Assembly: GCA_036845345.1 (NCBI GenBank)
Contig: DAIUEC010000002.1
Coordinates: 746 to 64,745 of the forward strand
Length of the DNA: 64,000 nucleotides
Reading direction: 5' to 3'
DNA from: Sediminibacterium sp.
Lineage (GTDB): Bacteria; Bacteroidota; Bacteroidia; Chitinophagales; Chitinophagaceae
Shown: positions 21,131 to 31,526 of the stretch, piece after piece
Position numbering within the stretch: position 1 is the first letter of the stretch
How the letters are laid out: each line of letters begins with the position of its first letter
Notes under the pieces: model-generated
Seen by the model: only the letters and a program-made list of their open reading frames with translations
The model's database searches: none
What the model was told of the DNA's origin: nothing
Made by a program: the position numbers and the translations under genes

Positions 21131-21178
21131 TAAATAAATTAAGGTTTGTTGTAATGACAAACACTAAATAATAAAAAA

Positions 21179-21535
21179 ATGGAAGCAGTAGCTAAATTAA
21201 ACAATTATCCCACAGGCCCTCGTAAGATGCGTTTGCTTGCAGACGTAATTCGTGGCATGGAAGTGGAAAAAGCATTGGCAATTTTGGAGTTCCATCCTCA
21301 ACACAATGCAGTTCCATTAGCAAAGTTGTTAAAAAGTGCAATCAGTAACTGGGAGCAAAAAAACAACGGCGCTAGCGCAGCAGATAGCAAACTAGTAGTT
21401 AAAACAGTTTTTGTTGATGGTGGTCGTACGTTAAAGCGTATGCGCCCAGCACCACAAGGACGTGGCTACAGAGTTAGAAAGCGTAGCAACCACGTAACGA
21501 TGATTGTTGACACGAAATCAGATTCAAAAAACTAA
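21179..21535 (+). CDS. rplV: 50S ribosomal protein L22
   Basis: It has [13 protein letters not shown] and [17 protein letters not shown]. Confidence 0.98.
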   Translation: MEAVAKLNNYPTGPRKMRLLADVIRGMEVEKALAILEFHPQHNAVPLAKLLKSAISNWEQKNNGASAADSKLVVKTVFVDGGRTLKRMRPAPQGRGYRVRKRSNHVTMIVDTKSDSKN

Positions 21536-21553
21536 ATATTCTAAACCATCATT

Positions 21554-22312
21554 ATGGGTCAGAAAGCAAATCCAATAGGAAACAGATTAGGTATCATCCG
21601 CGGATGGGAAAGCAACTGGTACGGTAGCAAAAAAGACTACTCTACAAAGTTGATTCAAGATCAAAAAATTCGTACCTACTTAAACGCGCGTATTAACAAG
21701 GGCGGTATCGCTCGTATCGTTATCGAACGTACTTTAGGAAAATTAATCGTAACTATTCATACATCAAAACCAGGTATCATCATCGGTAAAGGTGGTGGAG
21801 AAGTAGATCGTATCAAAGAAGAGTTAAAGAAATTAACTGGAAACGATGATGTTCAAATTAACATCTTAGAAATCCGTCGTCCAGAGTTAGATGCTACAAT
21901 TGTTGGTGAAACAATTGCACGTCAAATCGAAAACCGTATCAATTACAAGCGTGCTATTAAAATGGCGATTGCTTCTACCTTAAGAATGGGTGCTGAAGGA
22001 ATTAAAATTAAAGTAGGTGGTCGTATTGGTGGTGCTGAGATTGCTCGTAGCGAGGAAATCAAACAAGGCCGTGTTCCATTACATACATTCAGAATGGATA
22101 TCGATTATGCAAATGTATTTGCGTTAACTGTTTACGGTAAAATCGGTATCAAAGTATGGATTTGTAAAGGAGAGGTTTTAGGAAAGCGTGAATTAAATCC
22201 AAACTTCGTTGGCGGTAAAGAAGGCGGCGAAAGAGCAGATCATCCACGTGGAGATCGTCGTGACGATCGCGGTGGAGACCGTCGTGGTCCAGGTGGTCCA
22301 AGAAGAAAATAA
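21554..22312 (+). CDS. rpsC: 30S ribosomal protein S3 (with an Arg/Gly/Asp-rich C-terminal tail)
   Basis: It has [13 protein letters not shown] and a KH domain. The tail reads [20 protein letters not shown]. Confidence 0.99.
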   Translation: MGQKANPIGNRLGIIRGWESNWYGSKKDYSTKLIQDQKIRTYLNARINKGGIARIVIERTLGKLIVTIHTSKPGIIIGKGGGEVDRIKEELKKLTGNDDVQINILEIRRPELDATIVGETIARQIENRINYKRAIKMAIASTLRMGAEGIKIKVGGRIGGAEIARSEEIKQGRVPLHTFRMDIDYANVFALTVYGKIGIKVWICKGEVLGKRELNPNFVGGKEGGERADHPRGDRRDDRGGDRRGPGGPRRK

Positions 22313-22372
22313 TTCGCTACCGAATTTAAAAAGAATAGAAACTAATTAATTAAGAGATAACAATAACAATAT

Positions 22373-22786
22373 ATGTTACAGCCAAAAAGAAGTAAACATA
22401 GAAAACAACAGAAAGGACGTATTCGCGAAGTAGCGAAGCGTGGAACTTCTATTGCATTTGGTTCTTTTGCATTAAAATCATTAGATCCAATCTGGTTGAC
22501 TAGCCGTCAAATTGAATCAGCTCGTCAAGCAATGACTCGTGCAATGAAAAGAGAAGGAAATGTTTGGATTCGTGTTTTCCCAGATAAAATTATTACACAT
22601 AAGCCTGCAGAGGTGAGAATGGGTAAAGGTAAAGGTAACCCTGAATATTGGGCTGCTGTAGTTGAACCAGGTCGTATCATTTTTGAGATCGACGGTGTAA
22701 CTGCTGAAGTTGCAAAAGAAGCAATGGGATTAGCTGCTCAAAAATTACCAATCAAAACTAAGTTTGTTACAAGAAGAGACTTGTAA
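22373..22786 (+). CDS. rplP: 50S ribosomal protein L16
   Basis: It has [16 protein letters not shown] and [12 protein letters not shown]. Confidence 0.99.
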   Translation: MLQPKRSKHRKQQKGRIREVAKRGTSIAFGSFALKSLDPIWLTSRQIESARQAMTRAMKREGNVWIRVFPDKIITHKPAEVRMGKGKGNPEYWAAVVEPGRIIFEIDGVTAEVAKEAMGLAAQKLPIKTKFVTRRDL

Positions 22787-22809
22787 TCACCACAAAAAAA
22801 GTATTTGCT

Positions 22810-23022
22810 ATGGCAACCAAGAAATATGATTTTAACAAAGGCTTAAAAGAAGCGAGTGTGACTGATTTAAAAGCACGCATCGATGAAGATCAATTAAGAC
22901 TTAAGAAACTAGAGTTCGCACATGCGATTTCTCCATTAGAGAATCCAATGAGCATTCGCGGACTTCGTAAAGACATTGCCCGTTTAAAAACGGAATTAAA
23001 GAAAAAAGAGTTAGGCATCTAA
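22810..23022 (+). CDS. rpmC: 50S ribosomal protein L29
   Basis: The size, the operon position and the LRLKKLEFAH pattern all fit L29. Confidence 0.95.
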   Translation: MATKKYDFNKGLKEASVTDLKARIDEDQLRLKKLEFAHAISPLENPMSIRGLRKDIARLKTELKKKELGI

Positions 23023-23052
23023 TTATTAAAATAATTAGCTAACAAAAAAATA

Positions 23053-23316
23053 ATGACAATGGTAGTAAGAAATTTACGTAAAACAAGAATCGGTGTTGTA
23101 ACTAGCGACAAAATGGATAAAACCATTACAGTAGCTGTTGAAAGAAAAGTAAAGCACCCGATGTATGGAAAGTTCGTGAAAAAAACAACAAAGTTCCACG
23201 CTCATGATGAGAAATCAGAATGCGGTATTGGGGATGTTGTAAAAATCATGGAGACTCGTCCATTGAGTAAAACAAAGCGTTGGAGATTAGTAGAAGTAGT
23301 TGAAAAAGCTAAATAA
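23053..23316 (+). CDS. rpsQ: 30S ribosomal protein S17
   Basis: It has [14 protein letters not shown] and [13 protein letters not shown]. Confidence 0.98.
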   Translation: MTMVVRNLRKTRIGVVTSDKMDKTITVAVERKVKHPMYGKFVKKTTKFHAHDEKSECGIGDVVKIMETRPLSKTKRWRLVEVVEKAK

Positions 23317-23393
23317 TCTACTCCACAAAAGGTATTAAATCGTATTAACCCAAGTTCGTAAGAACAAGGAATAAAAGCTAAAAGCTAAATAAA

Positions 23394-23762
23394 ATGATTC
23401 AGCAAGAAAGTAGGCTCAATGTAGCTGATAATAGCGGCGCTAAAGAAGTACTTTGTATCAAAGTATTAGGTAATAGCGGTCAAGACTTCGCAAAAATCGG
23501 TGACACGATTGTTGTAACAGTTAAAGATGCGATCCCTGCAGGTGGTATCAAAAAAGGTACTGTATCTAAAGCGGTAATCGTTCGTACAAAAAACAAATTG
23601 CGTAGAAAAGACGGATCTTATATCCGTTTTGATGACAACGCAGTAGTATTATTAAACAATTCAGAAGAGCCAAGAGGTACGCGTATCTTTGGACCAGTTG
23701 CTCGTGAATTGCGTGATAAAGGATACATGAAAATTGTTTCATTAGCACCAGAGGTGTTATAA
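23394..23762 (+). CDS. rplN: 50S ribosomal protein L14
   Basis: It has [17 protein letters not shown]. Confidence 0.99.
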   Translation: MIQQESRLNVADNSGAKEVLCIKVLGNSGQDFAKIGDTIVVTVKDAIPAGGIKKGTVSKAVIVRTKNKLRRKDGSYIRFDDNAVVLLNNSEEPRGTRIFGPVARELRDKGYMKIVSLAPEVL

Positions 23763-23776
23763 AATAAATATAAGTT

Positions 23777-24115
23777 ATGAGTAACAGATTCAAACCCAAA
23801 TACAGCATCAAGAAAGGCGATAGCGTTGTAGTTATTGCTGGAGATGACAAGGACTTGAAAAAACCTCGCACAGTGTTAGAAGTAGATGTTGAAAAAGGTC
23901 GTGTAATTGTTGAAGGCGTAGCCATCGCAACTAAGCACACTAAACCATCTGCATCAAACACAAAAGGTGGTATCGTTAAAGTAGAAGCTTCTATCAACAT
24001 TAGTAATGTAATGTTATGGGATGCTAAAACTAGCGCTCCAACGAAAGTTAAGCGTTCGAGAGAGACAGGTAAATTAGTAAGAATTTCAAAAAAATCAGGG
24101 GAGGTAATTAAATAA
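23777..24115 (+). CDS. rplX: 50S ribosomal protein L24
   Basis: It has a KOW motif ([15 protein letters not shown]). The stop overlaps the rplE start (TAATG). Confidence 0.98.
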   Translation: MSNRFKPKYSIKKGDSVVVIAGDDKDLKKPRTVLEVDVEKGRVIVEGVAIATKHTKPSASNTKGGIVKVEASINISNVMLWDAKTSAPTKVKRSRETGKLVRISKKSGEVIK

Positions 24116-24690
24116 TGAGTACCGTAAAATACACTCCAAGATTAGCAGATAAGTACACTAAAGAAGTTGTACCTGCTTTATCTAAAAAGTTTGGTTACAA
24201 GTCTGTAATGCAAACTCCTAAGTTGGAAAAAATTTGCATCAACCGTGGTGTAAATGGCGCAGTAAATGACAAGAAATTAGTTGACATCGCTATCGATGAG
24301 TTAACAACTATCACTGGTCAAAAAGCAGTACCAACTTTATCTAAGAAAGATATTTCTAACTTTAAATTACGTAAGGGTATGCCAATTGGTGCTCGCGTAA
24401 CTTTAAGAGGTGAAAAAATGTTTGAATTCTTGGATCGTTTAGTATCAGTGGCTTTACCACGTGTACGTGACTTCAAAGGCGTTAGCGATAAAGCTTTCGA
24501 CGGTCGTGGTAACTACACATTAGGTGTAACTGAGCAAATCATCTTCCCAGAAATCGACATCGATAAAGTAAACAAAATCACTGGATTGGATATCACTTTT
24601 GTGACTTCAGCACAATCTAATGAAGAAGCATACGAATTATTGAAAGAATTGGGTATGCCGTTTAAGAATATCAAAAAAGACAATAACTAA
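24115..24690 (+). CDS. rplE: 50S ribosomal protein L5
   Basis: It has [16 protein letters not shown] and sits in the expected position. Confidence 0.98.
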   Translation: MSTVKYTPRLADKYTKEVVPALSKKFGYKSVMQTPKLEKICINRGVNGAVNDKKLVDIAIDELTTITGQKAVPTLSKKDISNFKLRKGMPIGARVTLRGEKMFEFLDRLVSVALPRVRDFKGVSDKAFDGRGNYTLGVTEQIIFPEIDIDKVNKITGLDITFVTSAQSNEEAYELLKELGMPFKNIKKDNN

Positions 24691-24704
24691 TTTAATACAT
24701 AATT

Positions 24705-24974
24705 ATGGCAAGAGAATCAGTTAAAGCAAGACAAAGAAAGCGTGAAGCTACTGTAAAACAATATGCAGAAAAGCGCGCTGCTTTAAAAGCTGCTGGAGAT
24801 TATGCAGGTTTAGATAAATTACCTAAGAATGCATCACCTGTACGTTTGCACAATCGTTGTCAATTAACAGGCCGTCCTAAAGGATATATGAGATACTTTG
24901 GTGTATCAAGAAATATCTTCCGTGACATGGCTTTGAACGGATTGATTCCAGGTGTAAAAAAGGCGAGCTGGTAA
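24705..24974 (+). CDS. rpsN: 30S ribosomal protein S14 (long form, no CxxC zinc motif)
   Basis: It has [19 protein letters not shown] and ends in ASW. Confidence 0.98.
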   Translation: MARESVKARQRKREATVKQYAEKRAALKAAGDYAGLDKLPKNASPVRLHNRCQLTGRPKGYMRYFGVSRNIFRDMALNGLIPGVKKASW

Positions 24975-25073
24975 TAGCTTAAAGCAAAACCAACAAGCGA
25001 CATTGATTTAAGTTCAATCAAAGAATTGAATACTGAAACAAAACAAAATTTAGAACTGATTTAAAATACTAAT

Positions 25074-25472
25074 ATGGTAACAGATCCAATAGCAGACTAC
25101 TTAACGAGAATTCGTAACGCCCAAATGGCACAACATAGAATCGTTGAGATCCCTGCATCTAATTTAAAGAAGCGTATTACTGAAATCTTGTACGAACAAG
25201 GTTACATTTTAAAATACAAATTCGAAGACGATACTAAACAAGGTTTAATCAAAATCGCGTTAAAGTATGATGCGAATACGAAACAACCAGCTATCCGTTC
25301 ATTAGAGCGTATCAGCCGTCCAGGTTTACGTCAATATGCTAAGCCAGCTGAAATCAAAAGAGTAAGCAATGGTTTAGGTATCGCTATCTTATCTACATCT
25401 AAGGGTGTATTAACAGATAAGCAAGCTAAAGCCAACAATGTTGGTGGTGAAGTATTGTGTGCAATCTCTTAA
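25074..25472 (+). CDS. rpsH: 30S ribosomal protein S8
   Basis: It has DPIADYLTRIRNA. Confidence 0.99.
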   Translation: MVTDPIADYLTRIRNAQMAQHRIVEIPASNLKKRITEILYEQGYILKYKFEDDTKQGLIKIALKYDANTKQPAIRSLERISRPGLRQYAKPAEIKRVSNGLGIAILSTSKGVLTDKQAKANNVGGEVLCAIS

Positions 25473-25579
25473 TTGAGTTGTAAACAACAAAGAAAAATAA
25501 ATTTAATGCTTAGTATGCATTTAAGCCTTTTAGTCGGGGCTGAAAACAACTAAGTAGAACAATAAAACAAAAAGCGACT

Positions 25580-26131
25580 ATGTCACGTATCGGAAAAAAA
25601 CCAGTAAGTATCCCAAAAGGAGTTACCATTACTGTTAAAGATTCAGTGGTTACTGTAAAAGGACCTAAAGGAGAATTAACACAAGAAATTGATCGCGATA
25701 TCACTATCGAAATCACTGAAACTGAGTTAATCGTTTCTCGTCCAACAGAACAAATCCGCCACAGAGCAATGCACGGTTTATACCGTTCTTTAATTGCAAA
25801 CTTAGTGAAGGGTGTAACTGAAGGTTATAAAAAAGAATTAGAATTAGTGGGTGTGGGTTTTAAAGCAGCAAACCAAGGTAATATCTTGGATTTAGCTTTA
25901 GGATATTCTCACAACATTATTTTTGAAGTACCTAAGGAATTAAAAGTTGCAACTACTACTGAAAAAGGTCAAAACCCTAAGATTTTCTTAGAAGGAAGCG
26001 ACAAACAATTAATCGGTGCAGTAGCCGCTAAATTAAGAAGCTTACGTAAACCAGAACCATACAAAGGAAAAGGTGTTAAATACTCTGATGAGATCGTAAG
26101 AAGAAAAGCAGGTAAAGCAGCAGGTAAATAA
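25580..26131 (+). CDS. rplF: 50S ribosomal protein L6
   Basis: It has MSRIGKKPVSIPKGV and PEPYKGKGV. Confidence 0.99.
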   Translation: MSRIGKKPVSIPKGVTITVKDSVVTVKGPKGELTQEIDRDITIEITETELIVSRPTEQIRHRAMHGLYRSLIANLVKGVTEGYKKELELVGVGFKAANQGNILDLALGYSHNIIFEVPKELKVATTTEKGQNPKIFLEGSDKQLIGAVAAKLRSLRKPEPYKGKGVKYSDEIVRRKAGKAAGK

Positions 26132-26179
26132 AATTAAAAACAAGTGAGCGGCAGCATCGCTCCCTAAAAAATAAATATT

Positions 26180-26530
26180 ATGAGTAAATTAGCTCAAAGA
26201 CAAAAGATCAGATATAGAATTCGCAAGAAAGTACAAGGTACTGCGTCTAAACCTCGTTTGTCTGTATTCAGAAGTAACGCAGAAATTTATTGTCAATTAA
26301 TTGATGATGAAAATGGTTTAACATTAGCTGCAGCATCTTCTGCAGAAAAAGATATCGCAGCTCAAAAAGTGGTGAAAATTGAAAAAGCTAAATTAGCTGG
26401 TCAATCCATCGCAAAAAAAGCAGCAGCTTTAAATATCACAACTTGTGTGTTTGACAGAGGTGGTAATTTATACCACGGAAGAATTAAGGCAGTTGCTGAA
26501 GGTGCAAGAGAGGGTGGACTTCAATTTTAA
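26180..26530 (+). CDS. rplR: 50S ribosomal protein L18
   Basis: It has PRLSVFRSN, FDRGGNLYHGR and AREGGLQF. Confidence 0.98.
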   Translation: MSKLAQRQKIRYRIRKKVQGTASKPRLSVFRSNAEIYCQLIDDENGLTLAAASSAEKDIAAQKVVKIEKAKLAGQSIAKKAAALNITTCVFDRGGNLYHGRIKAVAEGAREGGLQF

Positions 26531-26557
26531 TTCGCAAAAAAATACTAATAGAAAATC

Positions 26558-27079
26558 ATGTCTAAAGTAAACGTAAATAAGGTTAAAGCAGCAGGTGATG
26601 TAGAACTAAAAGAAAAAGTAGTTTCTATCAACCGTGTAGTTAAAACAACAAAAGGTGGTCGTACTTTTAGCTTCTCAGCTTTAGTAGTAGTAGGTAATGA
26701 AAATGGCGTAGTTGGTCAAGGATTAGGTAAAGCCAAAGAAGTTCAAGAAGCTATTACAAAAGGTATCGAAGATGCTAAGAAGAATTTAGTGAAAGTGCCA
26801 ATTATGCACGGAACTATTCCTCACGATCAATTAGGTAAATCAGGTGCTGCGAAGGTGTTAATTAAGCCAGCTGCACACGGAGCCGGTGTAATTGCGGGTG
26901 GTAGCATGCGTGCTGTTTTAGAGAGCGCTGGTATCACTGACGTATTAGCTAAGAGCTTAGGTTCTGCTAACCCACACAACGTGGTTAAAGCAACTATCAA
27001 AGCATTAGGTTTATTACGTGAGCCAATTCAAGTAGCAAAAACTAGAAACATTAAATTATCAAAAGTATTTAACGGATAG
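26558..27079 (+). CDS. rpsE: 30S ribosomal protein S5
   Basis: It has [13 protein letters not shown] and [13 protein letters not shown]. Confidence 0.99.
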   Translation: MSKVNVNKVKAAGDVELKEKVVSINRVVKTTKGGRTFSFSALVVVGNENGVVGQGLGKAKEVQEAITKGIEDAKKNLVKVPIMHGTIPHDQLGKSGAAKVLIKPAAHGAGVIAGGSMRAVLESAGITDVLAKSLGSANPHNVVKATIKALGLLREPIQVAKTRNIKLSKVFNG

Positions 27080-27117
27080 TCTAACCACTATTGTTAATAC
27101 AGGTTAAATAATTCAAG

Positions 27118-27300
27118 ATGAAAAAAATAAAAATTACGCAAGTAAAAAGCGGTATCGACAGATCTGAGCGTCAAAAGCAAACATTGATCGCTTTAGGTTT
27201 GAAGAAATTGAATGCTTCAAAAGAAGTAGAGGCAACTCCACAAATTTTAGGCATGATCGATAAAGTGGCTCACTTAGTAAAAGTAGAAGAAGTAGCTTAA
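27118..27300 (+). CDS. rpmD: 50S ribosomal protein L30
   Basis: It has KITQVKSGI and TLIALGL, and the size and position fit. Confidence 0.96.
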   Translation: MKKIKITQVKSGIDRSERQKQTLIALGLKKLNASKEVEATPQILGMIDKVAHLVKVEEVA

Positions 27301-27361
27301 TAACTTTTCTTCTTAATTAATTAAAGCGAGGGGAGATTCCCCGAAAGTAAAAATCAAACAA

Positions 27362-27811
27362 ATGAAATTACACAATTTACAACCTGCAGCAGGTTCAGTA
27401 CACAAAGCAATTAGAATTGGTAGAGGAGAAGCATCTGGTAAAGGTGGTACTTCTACAAAAGGTAACAAAGGTGGTCAGTCTCGTGCTGGTTACAAAAGTA
27501 AAATGGCGCACGAAGGTGGTCAGATGCCAATTCAACGTCGTGTTCCAAAGCGTGGCTTTAAGAACATCAACCGTGTTGAGTATGTAGTATTCAACTTAGG
27601 TCAATTAGACCAATTAATCGAGAAGTACGGTTTCACAGAAATCACTCCAGAGAATTTATACATGAACAGTTTGATCCAACGCACTGACTTAGTGAAGATT
27701 TTGGCAACTGGTGAATTAAAAACAAAGATCAATTTCAGAGTAAACAAAGCTAGTCAGAAAGCGCAAGACGCAATCGTAGCAGCTGGCGGTACCATTGAAA
27801 TTATCAAATAA
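27362..27811 (+). CDS. rplO: 50S ribosomal protein L15
   Basis: It has MKLHNLQPAAGS and a Gly/Lys-rich N-terminus, and sits in the expected position. Confidence 0.98.
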   Translation: MKLHNLQPAAGSVHKAIRIGRGEASGKGGTSTKGNKGGQSRAGYKSKMAHEGGQMPIQRRVPKRGFKNINRVEYVVFNLGQLDQLIEKYGFTEITPENLYMNSLIQRTDLVKILATGELKTKINFRVNKASQKAQDAIVAAGGTIEIIK

Positions 27812-27825
27812 ATTTTTGTATATTG

Positions 27826-27851
27826 AGACGCGTTACAAATGCGTCTTTTTA
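27826..27851 (+). terminator. terminator-like hairpin between rplO and secY
   Basis: AGACGC/GCGTCT forms a stem with a 9-nt loop, followed by TTTTT. Confidence 0.55.
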
Positions 27852-27885
27852 TATTAAAAGGCGACTGTACATTAATTAAATTCTG

Positions 27886-29229
27886 ATGAAAAAATTACTA
27901 GATACATTTAAAAATATTTGGGCTATTGACGAACTAAAGAGTAAAATCTTAGTAACATTAGCGCTTGTATTAACTTATAGAATTGGTGCGCAAATCACTT
28001 TGCCAGGTTTGAATCCATTGGTAATCGAGGCTGCTCAAAAAGCAGGTAAGAGCAATGGCTTACTTGGTATATTTGATATGTTTGCAGGTGGTGCATTTTC
28101 ACAAGCATCTATCTTAGCATTAGGTATTATGCCTTATATCTCTGCTTCTATTTTTATGCAATTGATGACAATCTTAGTTCCTCAATTACAAAAAATTCAA
28201 AAGGAAGGAGAGAGTGGTCGTAATAAGATTAACCAATGGACGCGTTATTTAACAGTAATTGTAACTGCTTTCCAAGCGGGTGCATATGTTGCTTATTTAA
28301 AGAGCACTAACGGTGATGCATTAATCGAATCTTACAAAGCATATTTCTGGTTATCAACTGTAATCACATTAACAGCAGGTACTTTATTTGTAATGTGGTT
28401 AGGTGAAAAAATCCAAGATAAAGGTTTAGGCAACGGTACTTCAATCATTATCATGGTTGGTATCTTAGGTCGTTTACCACAATCTATCATTTTAGAATTC
28501 GGTTCAAAAAGCCAAAAAGGCGGTGGTGGTTTATTAATATTCTTAATTGAGGTTGCTGTATTAGTAACTATCATCATGGGCTTGATTGTATTAGTGCAAG
28601 GTGTTCGTAAGATCCCTGTAACTTATGCTAAGCAAGTAATTGGTGGTGCTCAAGTAGGAGGCGCTCGTCAATTTTTACCAGTAAAAGTAAACAGCGCTGG
28701 TGTTATGCCAATCATTTTTGCGCAAGCAATTATGTTCTTGCCAACTTTAGTTTCATTTACAAATTTAGATTCAGCGCAAGGTATAGTTCGTATTTTCAAC
28801 GACCACAGTAATGTATGGTATATGTTAATCTACTCTGTTATGGTTATTGGATTTACTTTCTTATACACTGCATTAATCTTTAACCCTAAGCAAATTTCTG
28901 AAGACTTAAAACGTAACAATGGTTTTGTTCCTGGTGTTAAACCTGGTCAACCAACTACGGATTATATCGGAGCTGTAATGGATAGAATTACTTTACCTGG
29001 TGCAATTTTATTAGCATTGGTAGGTATTTTACCAGGCTTTGCACAAAGATTAGGCATTACACAAGGATTCAGTACTTTCTTCGGAGGAACATCTTTATTG
29101 ATCATGGTAGGTGTTATTTTAGATACCTTACAACAAATTGAGACTTACTTATTAATGCGTCAATATGATGGTTTAATGAGCTCTGGTCGCGTTCAAGGAA
29201 GAAACGGGGTTGTGAATTCAGGGATTTAA
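27886..29229 (+). CDS. secY: preprotein translocase subunit SecY
   Basis: It has 10 TM segments, LGIMPYISASIFMQL, and sits in the expected operon position. Confidence 0.98.
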   Translation: MKKLLDTFKNIWAIDELKSKILVTLALVLTYRIGAQITLPGLNPLVIEAAQKAGKSNGLLGIFDMFAGGAFSQASILALGIMPYISASIFMQLMTILVPQLQKIQKEGESGRNKINQWTRYLTVIVTAFQAGAYVAYLKSTNGDALIESYKAYFWLSTVITLTAGTLFVMWLGEKIQDKGLGNGTSIIIMVGILGRLPQSIILEFGSKSQKGGGGLLIFLIEVAVLVTIIMGLIVLVQGVRKIPVTYAKQVIGGAQVGGARQFLPVKVNSAGVMPIIFAQAIMFLPTLVSFTNLDSAQGIVRIFNDHSNVWYMLIYSVMVIGFTFLYTALIFNPKQISEDLKRNNGFVPGVKPGQPTTDYIGAVMDRITLPGAILLALVGILPGFAQRLGITQGFSTFFGGTSLLIMVGVILDTLQQIETYLLMRQYDGLMSSGRVQGRNGVVNSGI

Positions 29230-29252
29230 TTTTTCTTAAAAGATATATATTT

Positions 29253-29288
29253 ACAAACCTGTCCCATAAAGGCAGGTTTGTTTTTTTA
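29253..29288 (+). terminator. intrinsic terminator after secY
   Basis: ACAAACCTG/CAGGTTTGT forms a 9-bp stem, followed by a T7 run. Confidence 0.8.
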
Positions 29289-29305
29289 GTAATAAACGGG
29301 AACTT

Positions 29306-30109
29306 ATGATGTACACTAAAACGGAGGAGCAAGTTGTTTTAATGAAGGAAGCTGCGATGCTTGTCAGTAAAACTTTAACGGAGGTGGCTACTGTTTTAAA
29401 GCCAGGCATGACTACTTTGGATATCGATCAATTATGCATGGAATTTGCAAAGGATCATAAAGGGACTTTATCATTTTACAATTACCACGGTTACCCTCAT
29501 AATATTTGTGCATCCGTGAATGATGTTGTGGTGCATGGTTTCCCTAACAAAACACCTTTAAAGGATGGAGATATTGTATCTATTGATTTTGGTGTAATAT
29601 TAAATGGATGGCATGGTGATCATGCATATACTTTTATTTTAGGAGAAGCAGATGCTGCTGCCATTGAATTGGTAAAAATTACAAAAGAGTCTTTGTATAA
29701 AGGCATTGAAAAAGCGATTGCTAATAATAGAATTGGAGACATTGGATATGCAATTCAAGAGCATACTGAAAAGAAGCATGGGTATGGTGTTGTTAGAGAA
29801 TTAGTAGGGCATGGATTAGGAAAACATTTACATGAAGATCCTCAAGTACCTAATTATGGAAAGCGCGGCACGGGTTTGAAATTAAAAGAAAATTTAGTAT
29901 TGGCGATTGAGCCCATGATTAATATGGGAACGCATAAAGTATTCACAGATGATGACGGATGGACAGTAAAAACACAGGATGGCAAACCTTCTGTGCATTT
30001 TGAGCATGATGTTTGTGTGAAGAAAAATGAAGCATTCATTTTATCTGACTTCTCTATCATTGAAGCTGCTGAAAAAGCAAATATCAATTTGAACACTTCC
30101 TATTATTAA
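29306..30109 (+). CDS. map: type I methionine aminopeptidase
   Basis: It has the metal ligand pattern DIVSIDFG, HGLG and the EP motif. The start could be 29306 or 29309 (MM). Confidence 0.95.
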   Translation: MMYTKTEEQVVLMKEAAMLVSKTLTEVATVLKPGMTTLDIDQLCMEFAKDHKGTLSFYNYHGYPHNICASVNDVVVHGFPNKTPLKDGDIVSIDFGVILNGWHGDHAYTFILGEADAAAIELVKITKESLYKGIEKAIANNRIGDIGYAIQEHTEKKHGYGVVRELVGHGLGKHLHEDPQVPNYGKRGTGLKLKENLVLAIEPMINMGTHKVFTDDDGWTVKTQDGKPSVHFEHDVCVKKNEAFILSDFSIIEAAEKANINLNTSYY

Positions 30110-30117
30110 CGCATAGT

Positions 30118-31377
30118 ATGGACAAGAAAAAAGTAGTTGTAGTAGGTGGTGGTGCTGCTGGATTTTTTTGTGCCATTCAAGTTGCGGAATTACATCCCCA
30201 ATGGGAAATCATTATCTTAGAAAAATCGAATAAACTTTTATCGAAGGTAAAAGTGAGTGGTGGTGGGCGTTGCAATGTAACGCATGCTTGCCCTGATGTA
30301 GAATTGCTTTTAAAAAAATATCCTAGAGGGCCTCGTTTTTTAAAGAAAGCATTTTATCAATTCGCTACCAAAAATACCATTGAGTGGTTTGCAAATAACG
30401 GCGTTCAATTGCATACCGAAAAAGATGGTCGCATGTTTCCCACTACAAATAGTTCAGATACTATCATTGATTGTTTTTTAAGAAAAGTACATCAATATAA
30501 AATTCAGGTATTAACACAGCATGAAGTGTTGGATATAAAACAGCATGCAGAAAATACAAGTAGCGCAAGCTTAAAAAATAATTTTACGATACAATTGCAA
30601 GGCCGCGAAAACATGCAAGCAGATGCTATTTGTTTAGCAACAGGTGGTATGTTAAAATCAGATCGTTTAAGTTGGCTTACTCAATTTGGCCATAGCATTG
30701 TTGCTCCAGTTCCTTCTTTATTTACATTCAATACAGTAGATAAAAAAATTACAACACTCATGGGTGTTGATGTTGACAAAGCAAGTATTCAGTGGAGAGG
30801 AAATAAAAATATAGAGATAGGCCCATTGCTGATTACGCACTGGGGAATCAGTGGACCTGCTGCTATTAAATTATCTGCATGGTGTGCAAGAGAAATGGCT
30901 GAAGCAAATTATGAAGGCGCGATTATTATTAATTGGACTACTACATTTAATGAATCTACTTTGAAAATGGAGTGGATCAATTATAGAATGGATTTTGGTA
31001 AAAGAGAAATGGGATCTAAAAATCCATTTGATTTACCACAAAGACTTTGGCATTTTTTATTACAAGAAGCAGGCATTGCAATGAATACAAAGTGGGCTGA
31101 TTTAAAAAGTGTAAATCAAAATACACTTGTTCAATTGCTTACAAGATATACTTTAGAGATAAAAGGTAAAACAACATTCAAAGAAGAATTTGTTACTTGT
31201 GGTGGGGTAGATGTAAAAGATATAGATGCCCAAACAATGGAAAGTAAACTAGTCCCTGGCTTGCATTTTGCGGGGGAAATGATGGATGTAGATGGCATCA
31301 CGGGAGGCTTTAATTTTCAACATGCTTGGACTAGTGGCTGGCTAGCAGCTCAGCATATTGGGCAACCCAATGCCTAA
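30118..31377 (+). CDS. HI0933/YhiN-like NAD(P)/FAD-dependent oxidoreductase
   Basis: It has VVVVGGGAAGFF, KVSGGGRCNVTH and a C-terminal GGFNFQ. Confidence 0.85.
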   Translation: MDKKKVVVVGGGAAGFFCAIQVAELHPQWEIIILEKSNKLLSKVKVSGGGRCNVTHACPDVELLLKKYPRGPRFLKKAFYQFATKNTIEWFANNGVQLHTEKDGRMFPTTNSSDTIIDCFLRKVHQYKIQVLTQHEVLDIKQHAENTSSASLKNNFTIQLQGRENMQADAICLATGGMLKSDRLSWLTQFGHSIVAPVPSLFTFNTVDKKITTLMGVDVDKASIQWRGNKNIEIGPLLITHWGISGPAAIKLSAWCAREMAEANYEGAIIINWTTTFNESTLKMEWINYRMDFGKREMGSKNPFDLPQRLWHFLLQEAGIAMNTKWADLKSVNQNTLVQLLTRYTLEIKGKTTFKEEFVTCGGVDVKDIDAQTMESKLVPGLHFAGEMMDVDGITGGFNFQHAWTSGWLAAQHIGQPNA

Positions 31378-31455
31378 ATGAATAACAATTCAATTTGCCG
31401 AGTAAATTCACAATTGAAAATCAATTAGTTACGAATTCTTTGTATGGTAAAATTT

Positions 31456-31477
31456 AGCCCAAATCTGGGCTTTTTTT
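31456..31477 (+). terminator. intrinsic terminator after the flavoprotein gene
   Basis: AGCCCA/TGGGCT forms a stem with a 4-nt loop, followed by a T7 run. Confidence 0.7.
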
Positions 31478-31489
31478 GGCTTAAAGTTA

Positions 31490-31497
31490 TACCTTTG
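31490..31497 (+). promoter_or_regulatory. -7 promoter box (TACCTTTG) upstream of rpsA
   Basis: It matches TAnnTTTG and lies 29 nt upstream of the ATG. Confidence 0.55.
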
Positions 31498-31526
31498 CCG
31501 TCCGGTTTAAAAACACCGGTTTTATT

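Noticed and set aside
14876-28577. Many antisense ORFs of 60-144 aa lie inside ribosomal protein genes, fusA and secY (for example 14876-15193, 15762-15995, 16945-17211, 20178-20423, 20599-20805, 20843-21070, 23566-24000, 25510-25716 and 28332-28577).
   Set aside because: Each one is fully shadowed by a highly conserved gene on the other strand, so these are typical antisense-frame artefacts.
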